Part shown: positions 60,201 through 64,000 of the stretch, piece after piece | Position numbering within the stretch: the stretch's first letter is position 1 | Layout: every line of letters begins with the position of its first letter | Source: Eledone cirrhosa | Taxonomy: Eukaryota | Reading direction: 5' to 3' | Assembly: GCA_964016885.1 (NCBI GenBank) | Contig: OZ024743.1 | Coordinates: forward strand, 185,380,001 to 185,444,000 | Length of the DNA: 64,000 nt | The notes under the pieces: model-generated | Told to the model about the DNA's origin: nothing | Databases searched by the model: none | Seen by the model: only the letters and a program-made list of their open reading frames with translations | Translations under genes and position numbers: made by a program

Positions 60201-63200
60201 AGTGTTGTTGAGTGAGATTCTAGTATGGCATAAACGTTAACAGTGTTGTTGAGTGAGATTCTAGCATGGCATACACGTTAACAGTGTTCGTGAGTGAGAT
60301 TCTAGTATGGCATAAACGTTAACAGTGTTGTTGAGTGAGATTCTAGTATGGCATAAACGTTAACAGTGTTGGTGAGTGAGATTCTAGTATCGCATAAACG
60401 TTAACAGTGTTGGTGAGTCAGATTCTAGCATGGCATAAACGTTAACAGTGTTGGTGAGTAAGATTCTAGTATGGCATAAACGTTACCAGTGTTGGTGAGT
60501 GAGAATCTAGTATGGCATAAACGTTAACAGTGTTGTTGAGTGAGATTCTAGCATGGCATACACGTTAACAGTGTTGTTGAGTGACATTCTGGTATGGCAT
60601 ACACGTTAACAGTGTTGTTGAGTGAGATTCTAGTATGGCATAAACGTTAACAGTGTTGTTGAGTGAGATTCTAGCATGGCATACACGTTAACAGTGTTCG
60701 TGAGTGAGATTCTAGTATGGCATAAACGTTAACAGTGTTGGTGAGTGAGATTCTAGTATGGCATACACGTTAACAGTGTTCGTGAGTGAGATTCTAGTAT
60801 GGTATAAACGTTAACAGTGTTGGTGAGTGAGATTCTAGTATGGCATAAACGTTAACAGTGTTCGTGAGTGAGATTCTAGTATGGCATAAACGTTAACAGT
60901 GTTGTTGAGTGAGATTCTAGCATGGCATACACGTTAAGAGTGTTGGTGAGTGAGATTCTAGCATGGCATAAACGTTAACAGTGTTGTTGAGTGAGATTCT
61001 AGTATGGAATAAACGTTAACAGTGTTGATGAGTGAGATTCTAGCATGGCATAAACGTTAACAGTGTTGGTGAGTGAGATTCTAGTATGGCATAAACGTTA
61101 ACAGAGTTGGTGAGCGAGATTCTAGTATGGCATAAACGTTAACAGTGTTGTTGAGTGAGATTCTAGCATGGCATAAACGTTAACAGTGTTGTTGAGTGAG
61201 ATCCTAGTATGGCGTAAACGTTAACAGTGTTGTTGAGTGAGATTCTAGTATGGCATAAACGTTAACAGTGTTGGTGAGTGAGATTCTAGTATGGCATAAA
61301 CGTTAACAGTGTTGTTGAGTGAGATTCTAGTATGGCATAAACGTTAACAGTGTTGGTGAGTGAGATTCTAGTATGGCATAAACGTTAACAGTGTTGGTGA
61401 GTGAGATTCTAGTATGGCATACACATTAACAGTGTTGTTGATTGAGATTCTAGTATGGCATAAACGTTAACAGTGTTGGTGAGTGAGATTCTAGTATGGC
61501 ATAAACGTTAACAGTGTTGGTGAGTGAGATTCTAGCATGGCATAAACGTTAACAGTGTTGGTGAGTGAGATTCTAGTATGGCATAAACATTAACAGAGTT
61601 GGTGAGTGAGATTCTAGTATGGCATAAACGTTAACAGTGTTGTTGAGTGAGATTCTAGCATGGCATAAACGTTAACAGTGTTGTTGAGTGAGATCCTAGT
61701 ATGGCATAAACGTTAACAGTGTTGTTGAGTGAGATTCTAGTATGGCATAAACGTTAACAGTGTTGGTGAGTGAGATTCTATCATGGCATAAACGTTAACA
61801 GTGTTGGTGAGTGAGATTCTAGTATCGCATAAACGTTAACAGTGTTGGTGAGTAAGATTCTAGTATGGCATAAACGTTAACAGTGTTGGTGAGTGAGATT
61901 CTAGTATGGCATAAACGTTAACAGTGTTGGTGAGTGAGATTCTAGTATGGCATAAACGTTAACAGTGTTGGTGAGTGAGATTCTAGTATGGCATAAACGT
62001 TAACAGTGTTGGTGAGTCAGATTCTAGTATGGCATAAACGTTAACAGTGTTGGTGAGTGAGATTCTAGTATGGCATAAACGTTAACAATGTTGGTGAGTC
62101 AGATTCTAGCATGGCATAAACGTTAACCGTTTTGTTGAGTCAGATTCTAGTATGGCATAAACGTTAACAGTGTTGGTGAGTGAGATTCTAGTATGGCATA
62201 AACGTTAACAGTGTTGTTGAGTGAGATTCTAGTATGGCATAAACGTTAACAGTGTTGGTGAGTGAGATTCTAGTATGGCATAAACGTTAACAGTGTTGGT
62301 GAGTGAGATTCTAGTATGGCATAAACGTTAACAGTGTTGGTGAGTCAGATTCTAGTATGGCATAAACGTTAACAGTGTTGAGTGAGATTCTAGTATGGCA
62401 TAAACGTTAACAGTGTTGGTGAGTCAGATTCTAGTATGGCATAAACGTTAACAGTGTTGGTGAGTCAGATTCTAGTATGGCATAAACGTTAACAGTGTTG
62501 GTGAGTCAGATTCTAGCATGGCATAAACGTTAACAGTGTTGTTGAGTGAGATTCTAGCATGGCATAAACGTTAACAGTGTTGTTGAGTGAGATTCTAGTA
62601 TGGCATAAACGTTAACAGTGTTGGTGAGTGAGATTCTAGTATGGCATAAACGTTAACAGTTTTAGTGAGTGAGATTCTAGTATGGCATAAACGTTAACAG
62701 TGTTGGTGAGTGAGATTCTAGTATGGCATAAACGTTAACAGTGTTGGTGAGTGAGATTCTAGCATGGCATAAACGTTAACAGTGTTGGTGAGTCAGATTC
62801 TAGTATGGCATAAACGTTAACAGTGTTGGTGAGTGAGATTCTAGTATGACATAAACGTTAACAGTGTTGGTGAGTCAGACTCTAGCATGGCATAAACGTT
62901 AACAGTGTTGTTGAGTGAGATTCTAGTATGGCATAAACGTTAAAGGTGTTGGTGAGTCAGATTCTAGCATGGCATAAACGTTAACAGTGTTGTTGAGTGA
63001 GATTCTAGTATGGCATAAACGTTAACAGTGTTGGTGAGTGAGATTCTAGCATGGCATAAACGTTAACACTGTTGGTGAGTGAGATTCTAGTATGGAATAA
63101 ACGTTAACAGTGTTGGTGAGTGAGATTCTAGTATGGCATAAACGTTAACAGTGTTGGTGAGTGAGATTCTAGCATGGCATAAACGTTAACAGTTTTGTTG

Positions 63201-64000
63201 AGTCAGATTCTAGTATGGCATAAACGTTAACAGTGTTGGTGAGTGAGATTCTAGTATGGCATAAACGTTAACAGTGTTGGTGAGTGAGATTCTAGTATGG
63301 CATAAACGTTAACAGTGTTGGTGAGTCAGATTGTAGCATGGCATAAACGTTAACAGTGTTGGTGAGTGAGATTCTAGCATGACATAAACGTTAACAGTGT
63401 TGGTGAGTGAGATTCTAGAATGGCATAAACGTTAACAGTGTTGGTGAGTAAGATTCTAGTATGGCATAAACGTTACCAGTGTTGGTGAGTGAGATTCTAG
63501 TATGGCATAAACGTTAACAGTGTTGTTGAGTGAGATTCTAGCATGGCATACACGTTAACAGTGTTGTTGAGTGACATTCTGGTATGGCATACACGTTAAC
63601 AGTGTTGTTGAGTGAGATTCTAGTATGGCATAAACGTTAACAGTGTTGTTGAGTGAGATTCTAGCATGGCATACACGTTAACAGTGTTGGTGAGTGAGAT
63701 TCTAGTATGGCATAAACGTTAACAGTGTTGTTGAGTGAGATTCTAGTATAGCATACACGTTAACAGTGTTCGTGAGTGAGATTCTAGTATGGCATAAACG
63801 TTAACAGTGTTGGTGAGTGAGATTCTAGTATGGCATAAACGTTAACAGAGTTGGTGAGCGAGATTCTAGTATGGCATAAACGTTAACAGTGTTGTTGAGT
63901 GAGATTCTAGCATGGCATAAACGTTAACAGTGTTGTTGAGTGAGATCCTAGTATGGCATAAACGTTAACAGTGTTGTTGAGTGAGATTCTAGTATGGCAT
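54256..64000. repeat. 41-bp satellite array (>235 monomers, runs off the window end)
   Basis: Consensus GTGTTGGTGAGTGAGATTCTAGTATGGCATAAACGTTAACA, period 41, mostly 0-3 substitutions per unit. Confidence 0.99.

Noticed and set aside
54256-64000. CRISPR array or coding repeat
   Set aside because: Monomers are head-to-tail with no unique spacers, there are no cas genes, the context is eukaryotic and the ORF track shows no ORFs here.

Overview
AT-rich, repeat-dense animal genomic DNA. The SINE/RTE/microsatellite landscape resembles a coleoid cephalopod such as octopus (inference). One host gene is present on the + strand: a SAND (KDWK) domain GMEB-like transcription factor with five coding exons (13627-33161, about 382 aa) and a dense cluster of ACGT motifs upstream. 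Most of the rest is mobile DNA: RTE-clade LINEs (one near-intact with C-terminal C2H2 fingers), two R4/Dong-type RT+REL retrotransposons in microsatellites, non-autonomous Helitrons, a mariner relic and tRNA-type and RTE-derived SINEs. A 41-bp satellite with higher-order structure fills the last 9.7 kb. The least expected signal is a set of short non-coding, inverted or circularly permuted elements in (TA)n tracts. They carry type I hammerhead-ribozyme folds, including non-canonical cores (CAGAAGA in several copies; a U3-A8 variant), and one abuts a 40-nt U2 snRNA 5' fragment. All calls are by eye and boundaries of degenerate repeats are approximate.
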